A DNA stretch of 64,000 nucleotides from Auanema rhodensis (GCA_964057225.1 OZ059899.1:2480001-2544000), one strand, 5' to 3'. Counted from the stretch's first letter, positions 1 to 12,980 are shown. Notes: generated from the sequence alone by a model not told the origin. Numbers and translations are program-made.

Positions 1-98
1 ATGGAAACTCAACATACACTAATGCATCATTTTTCAAACGATCATAACTAATTTTTGTATCAAACGTTTCTCAATGTAGTATAGTGCATTCAATGCGG

Positions 99-149
99 AT
101 TTTTAAGCTGCGTCGATCTGTGTTATCAGATTTGCGCTAGCTTAAAAAT
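99..149. other. Long imperfect inverted repeat within each monomer (hairpin/cruciform potential); shown for M1
   Basis: ATTTTTAAGCT (99-109) is the exact reverse complement of AGCTTAAAAAT (139-149). Inner pairs GCG/CGC and ATCTG (116-120)/CAGAT (127-131) close a TGTTAT loop. Confidence 0.9.
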
Positions 150-166
150 GCACCGAGATATCAACT

Positions 167-188
167 GATATAAGTTCACACTTATATC
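167..188. other. Perfect 9-bp inverted repeat with 4-nt loop within each monomer; shown for M1
   Basis: GATATAAGT-TCAC-ACTTATATC. Flanking CGAG (154-157)/CTCG (189-192) could extend the stem across a bulge. Confidence 0.9.
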
Positions 189-289
189 CTCGATTTTCAC
201 CCTGAAGAATTGATTTTTCGTTGAATAACATTGTCTATCGTCTTTGCCTTGAAAAATGGAATTTAAAAACATCTACTTTTTGCTAAATT

Positions 290-324
290 ATTTTGAAATT
301 TTTCGAAAAAATTTTTGTCAAAAT
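290..324. other. A/T-tract dyad within each monomer; shown for M1
   Basis: ATTTTGA (290-296)/TCAAAAT (318-324) flank AATTTTT-CGA-AAAAATT, which contains the 12-bp palindrome TTTTTCGAAAAA. Confidence 0.75.
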
Positions 325-337
325 GTTTTTGGAAGCA

Positions 338-365
338 ATGTTGAGTGTACATGGAAACTCAACAT
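338..365. other. 9-bp inverted repeat with 10-nt loop, once per monomer (M1/M2 junction in this phasing)
   Basis: ATGTTGAGT-GTACATGGAA-ACTCAACAT. The palindrome TGTACA overlaps the arm/loop boundary. Confidence 0.88.
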
Positions 366-701
366 ACACTAATGCATCATTTTTCAAACGATCATAACTA
401 ATTTTTGTATCAAACGTTTCTCAATGTAGTATAGTGCATTCGATGCGGATTTTTAAGCTGCGTCGATCTGTGTTATCAGATTTGCGCTAGCTTAAAAATG
501 CACCGAGATATCAACTGATATAAGTTCACACTTATATCCTCGATTTTCACCCTGAAGAATTAATTTTTTCGTTGAATAACATTGTCCATCGTCTTTGCCT
601 TGGAAAATGGAATCTAAAAACATCTACTTTTTGCTAAATTATTTTGAAATTTTTGGAAAAAATTTTTGTCAAAATGTTTTTGGAAGCAATGTTGAGTGTA
701 C
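351..701. repeat. Representative 351-bp monomer (M2)
   Basis: Bounded by consecutive ATGGAAACTC anchors at 351 and 702. It contains single BsrGI (TGTACA, across the junction), NheI (GCTAGC), EcoRV (GATATC) and NsiI (ATGCAT) sites, which predicts a ~351-bp restriction ladder. Confidence 0.97.
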
Positions 702-3507
702 ATGGAAACTCAACATACACTAATGCATCATTTTTCAAACGATCATAACTAATTTTTGTATCAAACGTTTCTCAATGTAGTATAGTGCATTCAATGCGGA
801 TTTTTAAGCTGCGTCGATCTGTGTTATCAGATTTGCGCTAGCTTAAAAATGCACCGAGATATCAACTGATATAAGTTCACACTTATATCCTCGATTTTCA
901 CCCTGAAGAATTGATTTTTCGTTGAATAACATTGTCTATCGTCTTTGCCTTGAAAAATGGAATTTAAAAACATCTACTTTTTGCTAAATTATTTTGAAAT
1001 TTTTGGAAAAAATTTTTGTCAAAATGTTTTTGGAAGCAATGTTGAGTGTACATGGAAACTCAACATACACTAATGCATCATTTTTCAAACGATCATAACT
1101 AATTTTTGTATCAAACGTTTCTCAATGTAGTAAAGTGCATTCAATGCGGATTTTTAAGCTGCGTCGATCTGTGTTATCAGATTTGCGCTAGCTTAAAAAT
1201 GCACCGAGATATCAACTGATATAAGTTCACACTTATATCCTCGATTTTCACCCTGAAGAATTGATTTTTTCGTTGAATAACATTGTCTATCGTCTTTGCC
1301 TTGAAAAATGGAATCTAAAAACATCTACTTTTTGCTAAATTATTTTGAAATTTTTGGAAAAAATTTTTGTCAAAATGTTTTTGGAAGCAATGTTGAGTGT
1401 ACATGGAAACTCAACATACACTAATGCATCATTTTTCAAACGATCATAACTAATTTTTGTATCAAACGTTTCTCAATGTAGTATAGTGCATTCGATGCGG
1501 ATTTTTAAGCTGCGTCGATCTGTGTTATCAGATTTGCGCTAGCTTAAAAATGCACCGAGATATCAACTGATATAAGTTCACACTTATATCCTCGATTTTC
1601 ACCCTGAAGAATTGATTTTTTCGTTGAATAACATTGTCTATCGTCTTTGCCTTGAAAAATGGAATCTGAAAACATCTACTTTTTGCTAAATTATTTTGAA
1701 ATTTTTCGAAAAAATTTTTGTCAAAATGTTTTTGGAAGCAATGTTGAGTGTACATGGAAACTCAACATACACTAATGCATCATTTTTCAAACAATCATAA
1801 CTAATTTGTGTATTAAGCGTTTCTCAATGTAGTATAGTGCATTCGATGCGGATTTTTAAGCTGCGTCGATCTGTGTTATCAGATTTGCGCTAGCTTAAAA
1901 ATGCACCGAGATATCAACTGATATAAGTTCACACTTATATCCTCGATTTTCACCCTGAAGAATTAATTTTTTCGTTGAATAACATTGTCCATAGTCTTTG
2001 CCTTGGAAAATGGAATCTAAAAACATCTACTTTTTGCTAAATTATTTTGAAATTTTTGGAAAAAATTTTTGTCAAAATGTTTTTGGAAGCAATGTTGAGT
2101 GTACATGGAAACTCAACATACACTAATGCATCATTTTTCAAACGATCATAACTAATTTTTGTATCAAACGTTTCTCAATGTAGTATAGTGCATTCAATGC
2201 GGATTTTTAAGCTGCGTCGATCTGTGTTATCAGATTTGCGCTAGCTTAAAAATGCACCGAGATATCAACTGATATAAGTTCACACTTATATCCTCGATTT
2301 TCACCCTGAAGAATTGATTTTTCGTTGAATAACATTGTCTATCGTCTTTGCCTTGAAAAATGGAATTTAAAAACATCTACTTTTTGCTAAATTATTTTGA
2401 AAATTTTCGAAAAAATTTTTGTCAAAATGTTTTTGGAAGCAATGTTGAGTGTACATGGAAACTCAACATACACTAATGCATCATTTTTCAAACGATCATA
2501 ACTAATTTTTGTATCAAACGTTTCTCAATGTAGTATAGTGCATTCGATGCGGATTTTTACGCTGCGTCGATCTGTGTTATCAGATTTGCGCTAGCTTAAA
2601 AATGCACCGAGATATCAACTGATATAAGTTCACACTTATATCCTCGATTTTCACCCTGAAGAATTGATTTTTTCGTTGAATAACATTGTCTATCGTCTTT
2701 GCCTTGAAAAATGGAATCTAAAAACATCTACTTTTTGCTAAATTATTTTGAAATTTTTCGAAAAAATTTTTGTCAAAATGTTTTTGGAAGCAATGTTGAG
2801 TGTACATGGAAACTCAACATACACTAATGCATCATTTTTCAAACAATCATAACTAATTTGTGTATTAAGCGTTTCTCAATGTAGTATAGTGCATTCGATG
2901 CGGATTTTTAAGCTGCGTCGATCTGTGTTATCAGATTTGCGCTAGCTTAAAAATGCACCGAGATATCAACTGATATAAGTTCACACTTATATCCTCGATT
3001 TTCACCCTGAAGAATTAATTTTTTCGTTGAATAACATTGTCCATCGTCTTTGCCTTGGAAAATGGAATCTAAAAACATCTACTTTTTGCTAAATTATTTT
3101 GAAATTTTTGGAAAAAATTTTTGTCAAAATGTTTTTGGAAGCAATGTTGAGTGTACATGGAAACTCAACATACACTAATGCATCATTTTTCAAACGATCA
3201 TAACTAATTTTTGTATCAAACGTTTCTCAATGTAGTATAGTGCATTCAATGCGGATTTTTAAGCTGCGTCGATCTGTGTTATCAGATTTGCGCTAGCTTA
3301 AAAATGCACCGAGATATCAACTGATATAAGTTCACACTTATATCCTCGATTTTCACCCTGAAGAATTGATTTTTTCGTTGAATAACATTGTCTATCGTCT
3401 TTGCCTTGAAAAATGGAATTTAAAAACATCTACTTTTTGCTAAATTATTTTGAAATTTTTCGAAAAAATTTTTGTCAAAATGTTTTTGGAAGCAATGTTG
3501 AGTGTAC

Positions 3508-6500
3508 ATGGAAACTCAACATACACTAATGCATCATTTTTCAAACAATCATAACTAATTTGTGTATTAAGCGTTTCTCAATGTAGTATAGTGCATTCGA
3601 TGCGGATTTTTAAGCTGCGTCGATCTGTGTTATCAGATTTGCGCTAGCTTAAAAATGCACCGAGATATCAACTGATATAAGTTCACACTTATATCCTTGA
3701 TTTTCACCCTGAAGAATTGATTTTTCGTTGAATAACATTGTCTATCGTCTTTGTCTTGAAAAATGGAATCTAAAAACATCTACTTTTTGCTAAATTATTT
3801 TGAAATTTTTCGAAAAAATTTTTGTCAAAATGTTTTTGGAAGCAATGTTGAGTGTACATGGAAACTCAACATACACTAATGCATCATTTTTCAAACGATC
3901 ATAACTAATTTTTGTATCAAGCGTTTCTCGATGTAGTATAGTGCATTCGATGCGGATTTTTAAGCTGCGTCGATCTGTGTTATCAGATTTGCGCTAGCTT
4001 AAAAATGCACCGAGATATCAACTGATATAAGTTCACACTTATATCCTCGATTTTCACCCTGAAGAATTAATTTTTTCGTTGAATAACATTGTCCATCGTC
4101 TTTGCCTTAAAAAAAGGAATCTAAAAACATCTACTTTTTGCTAAATTATTTTGAAATTTTTCGAAAAAATTTTTGTCAAAATGTTTTTGGAAGCAATGTT
4201 GAGTGTACATGGAAACTCAACATACACTAATGCATCATTTTTCAAACAATCATAACTAATTTGTGTATTAAGCGTTTCTCAATGTAGTATAGTGCATTCA
4301 ATGCGGATTTTTAAGCTGCGTCGATCTGTGTTATCAGATTTGCGCTAGCTTAAAAATGCACCGAGATATCAACTGATATAAGTTCACACTTATATCCTCG
4401 ATTTTCACCCTGAAGAATTGATTTTTTCGTTGAATAACATTGTCTATCGTCTTTGCCTTGAAAAATGGAATCTAAAAACATCTACTTTTTGCTAAATTAT
4501 TTTGAAATTTTTCGAAAAAATTTTTGTCAAAATGTTTTTGGAAGCAATGTTGAGTGTACATGGAAACTCAACATACACTAATGCATCATTTTTCAAACGA
4601 TCATAACTAATTTTTGTATCAAGCGTTTCTCAATGTAGTTTAGTGCATTCGATGCGGATTTTTAAGCTGCGTCGATCTGTGTTATCAGATTTGCGCTAGC
4701 TTAAAAATGCACCGAGATATCAACTGATATAAGTTCACACTTATATCCTCGATTTTCACCCTGAAGAATTAATTTTTTCGTTGAATAACATTGTCCATCG
4801 TCTTTGCCTTGGAAAATGGAATCTAAAAACATCTACTTTTTGCTAAATTATTTTGAAATTTTTGGAAAAAATTTTTGTCAAAATGTTTTTGGAAGCAATG
4901 TTGAGTGTACATGGAAACTCAACATACACTAATGCATCATTTTTCAAACGATCATAACTAATTTTTGTATCAAACGTTTCTCAATGTAGTATAGTGCATT
5001 CGATGCGGATTTTTAAGCTGCGTCGATCTGTGTTATCAGATTTGCGCTAGCTTAAAAATGCACCGAGATATCAACTGATATAAGTTCACACTTATATCCT
5101 CGATTTTCACCCTGAAGAATTGATTTTTTCGTTGAATAACATTGTCTATCGTCTTTGCCTTGAAAAATGGAATCTAAAAACATCTACTTTTTGCTAAATT
5201 ATTTTGAAATTTTTCGAAAAAATTTTTGTCAAAATGTTTTTGGAAGCAATGTTGAGTGTACATGGAAACTCAACATACACTAATGCATCATTTTTCAAAC
5301 AATCATAACTAATTTGTGTATTAAGCGTTTCTCAATGTAGTATAGTGCATTCGATGCGGATTTTTAAGCTGCGTCGATCTGTGTTATCAGATTTGCGCTA
5401 GCTTAAAAATGCACCGAGATATCAACTGATATAAGTTCACACTTATATCCTCGATTTTCACCCTGAAGAATTGATTTTTTCGTTGAATAACATTGTCTAT
5501 CGTCTTTGCCTTGAAAAATGGAATTTAAAAACATCTACTTTTTGCTAAATTATTTTGAAATTTTTCGAAAAAATTTTTGTCAAAATGTTTTTGGAAGCAA
5601 TGTTGAGTGTACATGGAAACTCAACATACACTAATGCATCATTTTTCAAACAATCATAACTAATTTGTGTATTAAGCGTTTCTCAATGTAGTATAGTGCA
5701 TTCAATGCGGATTTTTAAGCTGCGTCGATCTGTGTTATCAGATTTGCGCTAGCTTAAAAATGCACCGAGATATCAACTGATATAAGTTCACACTTATATC
5801 CTCGATTTTCACCCTGAAGAATTGATTTTTTCGTTGAATAACATTGTCTATCGTCTTTGCGTTGAAAAATGGAATTTAAAAACATCTACTTTTTGCTAAA
5901 TTATTTTGAAATTTTTCGAAAAAATTTTTGTCAAAATGTTTTTGGAAGCAATGTTGAGTGTACATGGAAACTCAACATACACTAATGCATCATTTTTCAA
6001 ACAATCATAACTAATTTGTGTATTAAGCGTTTCTCAATGTAGTATAGTGCATTCGATGCGGATTTTTAAGCTGCGTCGATCTGTGTTATCAGATTTGCGC
6101 TAGCTTAAAAATGCACCGAGATATCAACTGATATAAGTTCACACTTATATCCTCGATTTTCACCCTGAAGAATTGATTTTTCGTTGAATAACATTGTCTA
6201 TCGTCTTTGTCTTGAAAAATGGAATCTAAAAACATCTACTTTTTGCTAAATTATTTTGAAATTTTTCGAAAAAATTTTTGTCAAAATGTTTTTGGAAGCA
6301 ATGTTGAGTGTACATGGAAACTCAACATACACTAATGCATCATTTTTCAAACGATCATAACTAATTTTTGTATCAAGCGTTTCTCGATGTAGTATAGTGC
6401 ATTCGATGCGGATTTTTAAGCTGCGTCGATCTGTGTTATCAGATTTGCGCTAGCTTAAAAATGCACCGAGATATCAACTGATATAAGTTCACACTTATAT

Positions 6501-9500
6501 CCTCGATTTTCACCCTGAAGAATTAATTTTTTCGTTGAATAACATTGTCCATCGTCTTTGCCTTAAAAAAAGGAATCTAAAAACATCTAATTTTTGCTAA
6601 ATTATTTTGAAATTTTTCGAAAAAATTTTTGTCAAAATGTTTTTGGAAGCAATGTTGAGTGTACATGGAAACTCAACATACACTAATGCATCATTTTTCA
6701 AACGATCATAACTAATTTTTGTATCAAGCGTTTCTCAATGTAGTTTAGTGCATTCGATGCGGATTTTTAAGCTGCGTCGATCTGTGTTATCAGATTTGCG
6801 CTAGCTTAAAAATGCACCGAGATATCAACTGATATAAGTTCACACTTATATCCTCGATTTTCACCCTGAAGAATTAATTTTTTCGTTGAATAACATTGTC
6901 CATCGTCTTTGCCTTGGAAAATGGAATCTAAAAACATCTACTTTTTGCTAAATTATTTTGAAATTTTTGGAAAAAATTTTTGTCAAAATGTTTTTGGAAG
7001 CAATGTTGAGTGTACATGGAAACTCAACATACACTAATGCATCATTTTTCAAACGATCATAACTAATTTTTGTATCAAACGTTTCTCAATGTAGTATAGT
7101 GCATTCGATGCGGATTTTTAAGCTGCGTCGATCTGTGTTATCAGATTTGCGCTAGCTTAAAAATGCACCGAGATATCAACTGATATAAGTTCACACTTAT
7201 ATCCTCGATTTTCACCCTGAAGAATTGATTTTTTCGTTGAATAACATTGTCTATCGTCTTTGCCTTGAAAAATGGAATCTAAAAACATCTACTTTTTGCT
7301 AAATTATTTTGAAATTTTTCGAAAAAATTTTTGTCAAAATGTTTTTGGAAGCAATGTTGAGTGTACATGGAAACTCAACATACACTAATGCATCATTTTT
7401 CAAACAATCATAACTAATTTGTGTATTAAGCGTTTCTCAATGTAGTATAGTGCATTCGATGCGGATTTTTAAGCTGCGTCGATCTGTGTTATCAGATTTG
7501 CGCTAGCTTAAAAATGCACCGAGATATCAACTGATATAAGTTCACACTTATATCCTCGATTTTCACCCTGAAGAATTGATTTTTTCGTTGAATAACATTG
7601 TCTATTGTCTTTGCCTTGAAAAATGGAATTTAAAAACATCTACTTTTTGCTAAATTATTTTGAAATTTTTCGAAAAAATTTTTGTCAAAATGTTTTTGGA
7701 AGCAATGTTGAGTGTACATGGAAACTCAACATACACTAATGCATCATTTTTCAAACAATCATAACTAATTTGTGTATTAAGCGTTTCTCAATGTAGTATA
7801 GTGCATTCAATGCGGATTTTTAAGCTGCGTCGATCTGTGTTATCAGATTTGCGCTAGCTTAAAAATGCACCGAGATATCAACTGATATAAGTTCACACTT
7901 ATATCCTCGATTTTCACCCTGAAGAATTGATTTTTTCGTTGAATAACATTGTCTATCGTCTTTGCCTTGAAAAATGGAATTTAAAAACATCTACTTTTTG
8001 CTAAATTATTTTGAAATTTTTCGAAAAAATTTTTGTCAAAATGTTTTTGGAAGCAATGTTGAGTGTACATGGAAACTCAACATACACTAATGCATCATTT
8101 TTCAAACAATCATAACTAATTTGTGTATTAAGCGTTTCTCAATGTAGTATAGTGCATTCGATGCGGATTTTTAAGCTGCGTCGATCTGTGTTATCAGATT
8201 TGCGCTAGCTTAAAAATGCACCGAGATATCAACTGATATAAGTTCACACTTATATCCTCGATTTTCACCCTGAAGAATTAATTTTTTCGTTGAATAACAT
8301 TGTCCATCGTCTTTGCCTTAAAAAAAGGAATCTAAAAACATCTACTTTTTGCTAAATTATTTTGAAATTTTTCGAAAAAATTTTTGTCAAAATGTTTTTG
8401 GAAGCAATGTTGAGTGTACATGGAAACTCAACATACACTAATGCATCATTTTTCAAACAATCATAACTAATTTGTGTATTAAGCGTTTCTCAATGTAGTA
8501 TAGTGCATTCAATGCGGATTTTTAAGCTGCGTCGATCTGTGTTATCAGATTTGCGCTAGCTTAAAAATGCACCGAGATATCAACTGATATAAGTTCACAC
8601 TTATATCCTCGATTTTCACCCTGAAGAATTGATTTTTTCGTTGAATAACATTGTCTATCGTCTTTGCCTTGAAAAATGGAATCTAAAAACATCTACTTTT
8701 TGCTAAATTATTTTGAAATTTTTCGAAAAAATTTTTGTCAAAATGTTTTTAGAAGCAATGTTGAGTGTACATGGAAACTCAACATACACTAATGCATCAT
8801 TTTTCAAACGATCATAACTAATTTTTGTATCAAGCGTTTCTCAATGTAGTTTAGTGCATTCGATGCGGATTTTTAAGCTGCGTCGATCTGTGTTATCAGA
8901 TTTGCGCTAGCTTAAAAATGCACCGAGATATCAACTGATATAAGTTCACACTTATATCCTCGATTTTCACCCTGAAGAATTAATTTTTTCGTTGAATAAC
9001 ATTGTCCATCGTCTTTGCCTTGGAAAATGGAATCTAAAAACATCTACTTTTTGCTAAATTATTTTGAAATTTTTGGAAAAAATTTTTGTCAAAATGTTTT
9101 TGGAAGCAATGTTGAGTGTACATGGAAACTCAACATACACTAATGCATCATTTTTCAAACGATCATAACTAATTTTTGTATCAAACGTTTCTCAATGTAG
9201 TATAGTGCATTCGATGCGGATTTTTAAGCTGCGTCGATCTGTGTTATCAGATTTGCGCTAGCTTAAAAATGCACCGAGATATCAACTGATATAAGTTCAC
9301 ACTTATATCCTCGATTTTCACCCTGAAGAATTGATTTTTTCGTTGAATAACATTGTCTATCGTCTTTGCCTTGAAAAATGGAATCTAAAAACATCTACTT
9401 TTTGCTAAATTATTTTGAAATTTTTCGAAAAAATTTTTGTCAAAATGTTTTTGGAAGCAATGTTGAGTGTACATGGAAACTCAACATACACTAATGCATC

Positions 9501-10875
9501 ATTTTTCAAACAATCATAACTAATTTGTGTATTAAGCGTTTCTCAATGTAGTATAGTGCATTCGATGCGGATTTTTAAGCTGCGTCGATCTGTGTTATCA
9601 GATTTGCGCTAGCTTAAAAATGCACCGAGATATCAACTGATATAAGTTCACACTTATATCCTCGATTTTCACCCTGAAGAATTGATTTTTTCGTTGAATA
9701 ACATTGTCTATCGTCTTTGCCTTGAAAAATGGAATTTAAAAACATCTACTTTTTGCTAAATTATTTTGAAATTTTTCGAAAAAATTTTTGTCAAAATGTT
9801 TTTGGAAGCAATGTTGAGTGTACATGGAAACTCAACATACACTAATGCATCATTTTTCAAACAATCATAACTAATTTGTGTATTAAGCGTTTCTCAATGT
9901 AGTATAGTGCATTCAATGCGGATTTTTAAGCTGCGTCGATCTGTGTTATCAGATTTGCGCTAGCTTAAAAATGCACCGAGATATCAACTGATATAAGTTC
10001 ACACTTATATCCTCGATTTTCACCCTGAAGAATTGATTTTTTCGTTGAATAACATTGTCTATCGTTTTTGCCTTGAAAAATGGAATTTAAAAACATCTAC
10101 TTTTTGCTAAATTATTTTGAAATTTTTCGAAAAAATTTTTGTCAAAATGTTTTTGGAAGCAATGTTGAGTGTACATGGAAACTCAACATACACTAATGCA
10201 TCATTTTTCAAACAATCATAACTAATTTGTGTATTAAGCGTTTCTCAATGTAGTATAGTGCATTCGATGCGGATTTTTAAGCTGCGTCGATCTGTGTTAT
10301 CAGATTTGCGCTAGCTTAAAAATGCACCGAGATATCAACTGATATAAGTTCACACTTATATCCTCGATTTTCACCCTGAAGAATTGATTTTTCGTTGAAT
10401 AACATTGTCTATCGTCTTTGTCTTGAAAAATGGAATCTAAAAACATCTACTTTTTGCTAAATTATTTTGAAATTTTTCGAAAAAATTTTTGTCAAAATGT
10501 TTTTGGAAGCAATGTTGAGTGTACATGGAAACTCAACATACACTAATGCATCATTTTTCAAACGATCATAACTAATTTTTGTATCAAGCGTTTCTCGATG
10601 TAGTATAGTGCATTCGATGCGGATTTTTAAGCTGCGTCGATCTGTGTTATCAGATTTGCGCTAGCTTAAAAATGCACCGAGATATCAACTGATATAAGTT
10701 CACACTTATATCCTCGATTTTCACCCTGAAGAATTAACTTTTTCGTTGAATAACATTGTCCATCGTCTTTGCCTTAAAAAAAGGAATCTAAAAACATCTA
10801 CTTTTTGCTAAATTATTTTGAAATTTTTCGAAAAAATTTTTGTCAAAATGTTTTTGGAAGCAATGTTGAGTGTAC
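3508..10875. repeat. Local higher-order repeat, ~6-monomer (2.1-kb) period (M11-M31)
   Basis: The private variant GTAGTTTAG occurs in M14, M20 and M26 (starts 4560, 6665, 8771). The three monomers after each follow the same variant order. Confidence 0.85.
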
Positions 10876-12980
10876 ATGGAAACTCAACATACACTAATGC
10901 ATCATTTTTCAAACGATCATAACTAATTTTTGTATCAAGCGTTTCTCAATGTAGTATAGTGCATTCGATGCGGATTTTTAAGCTGCGTCGATCTGTGTTA
11001 TCAGATTTGCGCTAGCTTAAAAATGCACCGAGATATCAACTGATATAAGTTCACACTTATATCCTCGATTTTCACCCTGAAGAATTAATTTTTTCGTTGA
11101 ATAACATTGTCCATCGTCTTTGCCTTAAAAAAAGGAATCTGAAAACATCTACTTTTTGCTAAATTATTTTGAAATTTTTCGAAAAAAGTTTTGTCAAAAT
11201 GTTTTTGGAAGCAATGTTGAGTGTACATGGAAACTCAACATACACTAATGCATCATTTTTCAAACGATCATAACTAATTTTTGTATCAAACGTTTCTCAA
11301 TGTAGTATAGTGCATTCGATGCGGATTTTTAAGCTGCGTCGATCTGTGTTATCAGATTTGCGCTAGCTTAAAAATGCACCGAGATATCAACTGATATAAG
11401 TTCACACTTATATCCTCGATTTTCACCCTGAAGAATTGATTTTTTCGTTGAATAACATTGTCTATCGTCTTTGCCTTGAAAAATGGAATCTAAAAACATT
11501 TACTTTTTGCTAAATTATTTTGAAATTTTTCGAAAAAAGTTTTTTCAAAATGTTTTTGGAAGCAATGTTGAGTGTACATGGAAACTCAACATACACTAAT
11601 GCATCATTTTTCAAACAATCATAACTAAATTGTGTATTAAGCTTTTCTCAATGTAGTATAGTGCATTCGATGCGGATTTTTAAGCTGCGTCGATCTGTGT
11701 TATCAGATTTGCGCTAGCTTAAAAATGCACCGAGATATCAACTGATATAAGTTCACACTTATATCCTCGATTTTCACCCTGAAGAATTGATTTTTCGTTG
11801 AATAACATTGTCTATCGTCTTTGTCTTGAAAAATGGAATCTAAAAACATCTACTTTTTGCTAAATTATTTTGAAATTTTTCGAAAAAATTTTTGTCAAAA
11901 TGTTTTTGGAAGCAATGTTGAGTGTACATGGAAACTCAACATACACTAATGCATCATTTTTCAAACGATCATAACTAATTTTTGTATCAAGCGTTTCTCG
12001 ATGTAGTATAGTGCATTCGATGCGGATTTTTAAGCTGCGTCGATCTGTGTTATCAGATTTGCGCTAGCTTAAAAATGCACCGAGATATCAACTGATATAA
12101 GTTCACACTTATATCCTCGATTTTCACCCTGAAGAATTAACTTTTTCGTTGAATAACATTGTCCATCGTCTTTGCCTTAAAAAAAGGAATCTAAAAACAT
12201 CTACTTTTTGCTAAATTATTTTGAAATTTTTCGAAAAAATTTTTGTCAAAATGTTTTTGGAAGCAATGTTGAGTGTACATGGAAACTCAACATACACTAA
12301 TGCATCATTTTTCAAACGATCATAACTAATTTTTGTATCAAGCGTTTCTCAATGTAGTATAGTGCATTCGATGCGGATTTTTAAGCTGCGTCGATCTGTG
12401 TTATCAGATTTGCGCTAGCTTAAAAATGCACCGAGATATCAACTGATATAAGTTCACACTTATATCCTCGATTTTCACCCTGAAGAATTAATTTTTTCGT
12501 TGAATAACATTGTCCATCGTCTTTGCCTTAAAAAAAGGAATCTGAAAACATCTACTTTTTGCTAAATTATTTTGAAATTTTTCGAAAAAAGTTTTGTCAA
12601 AATGTTTTTGGAAGCAATGTTGAGTGTACATGGAAACTCAACATACACTAATGCATCATTTTTCAAACGATCATAACTAATTTTTGTATCAAACGTTTCT
12701 CAATGTAGTATAGTGCATTCGATGCGGATTTTTAAGCTGCGTCGATCTGTGTTATCAGATTTGCGCTAGCTTAAAAATGCACCGAGATATCAACTGATAT
12801 AAGTTCACACTTATATCCTCGATTTTCACCCTGAAGAATTGATTTTTTCGTTGAATAACATTGTCTATCGTCTTTGCCTTGAAAAATGGAATCTAAAAAC
12901 ATCTACTTTTTGCTAAATTATTTTGAAATTTTTCGAAAAAAGTTTTGTCAAAATGTTTTTGGAAGCAATGTTGAGTGTAC
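10175..12980. repeat. 4-monomer tandem duplication (1403 bp x2; M30-33 / M34-37)
   Basis: The same marker order appears twice: T5 + TGTCTTG; AATTAACTTTT; ATCTGAAAAC + AAAAAAGTTTT; CAAACG + AAAAAAGTTTT. Confidence 0.85.

Noticed and set aside
202-240. CTGAAGA matches the hammerhead ribozyme core CUGANGA, and satellite-encoded hammerheads are known in some animals
   Set aside because: The downstream motif is GAAT rather than GAAA. The putative stem II is weak and disrupted by the common G>A allele, and no complement of the upstream TTTCACC exists to form stem I. An Infernal/Rfam search on a dimer, both strands, would settle it.
1-701. Tandem RNA gene cluster (5S rRNA, tRNA, snRNA or spliced leader)
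   Set aside because: I could not recognise a 5S, tRNA cloverleaf, Pol III box A/B or spliced-leader sequence on either strand. The hairpins alone are insufficient. A covariance-model search was not run.
1-701. Origin from a MITE, Helitron or other transposon end
   Set aside because: Internal inverted repeats are compatible with this, but no terminal inverted repeats, target-site duplications, Helitron termini or array ends are visible in this window to support it.
1528-1755. 75-aa minus-strand ORF (MYTQHCFQKHF...)
   Set aside because: It lies inside the satellite monomer and is open to this length only in M5, where an A>G change (ATCTGAAAAC) removes a TAG stop present in most copies. The F/K/N-rich composition reflects A/T tracts, and there is no recognisable domain.
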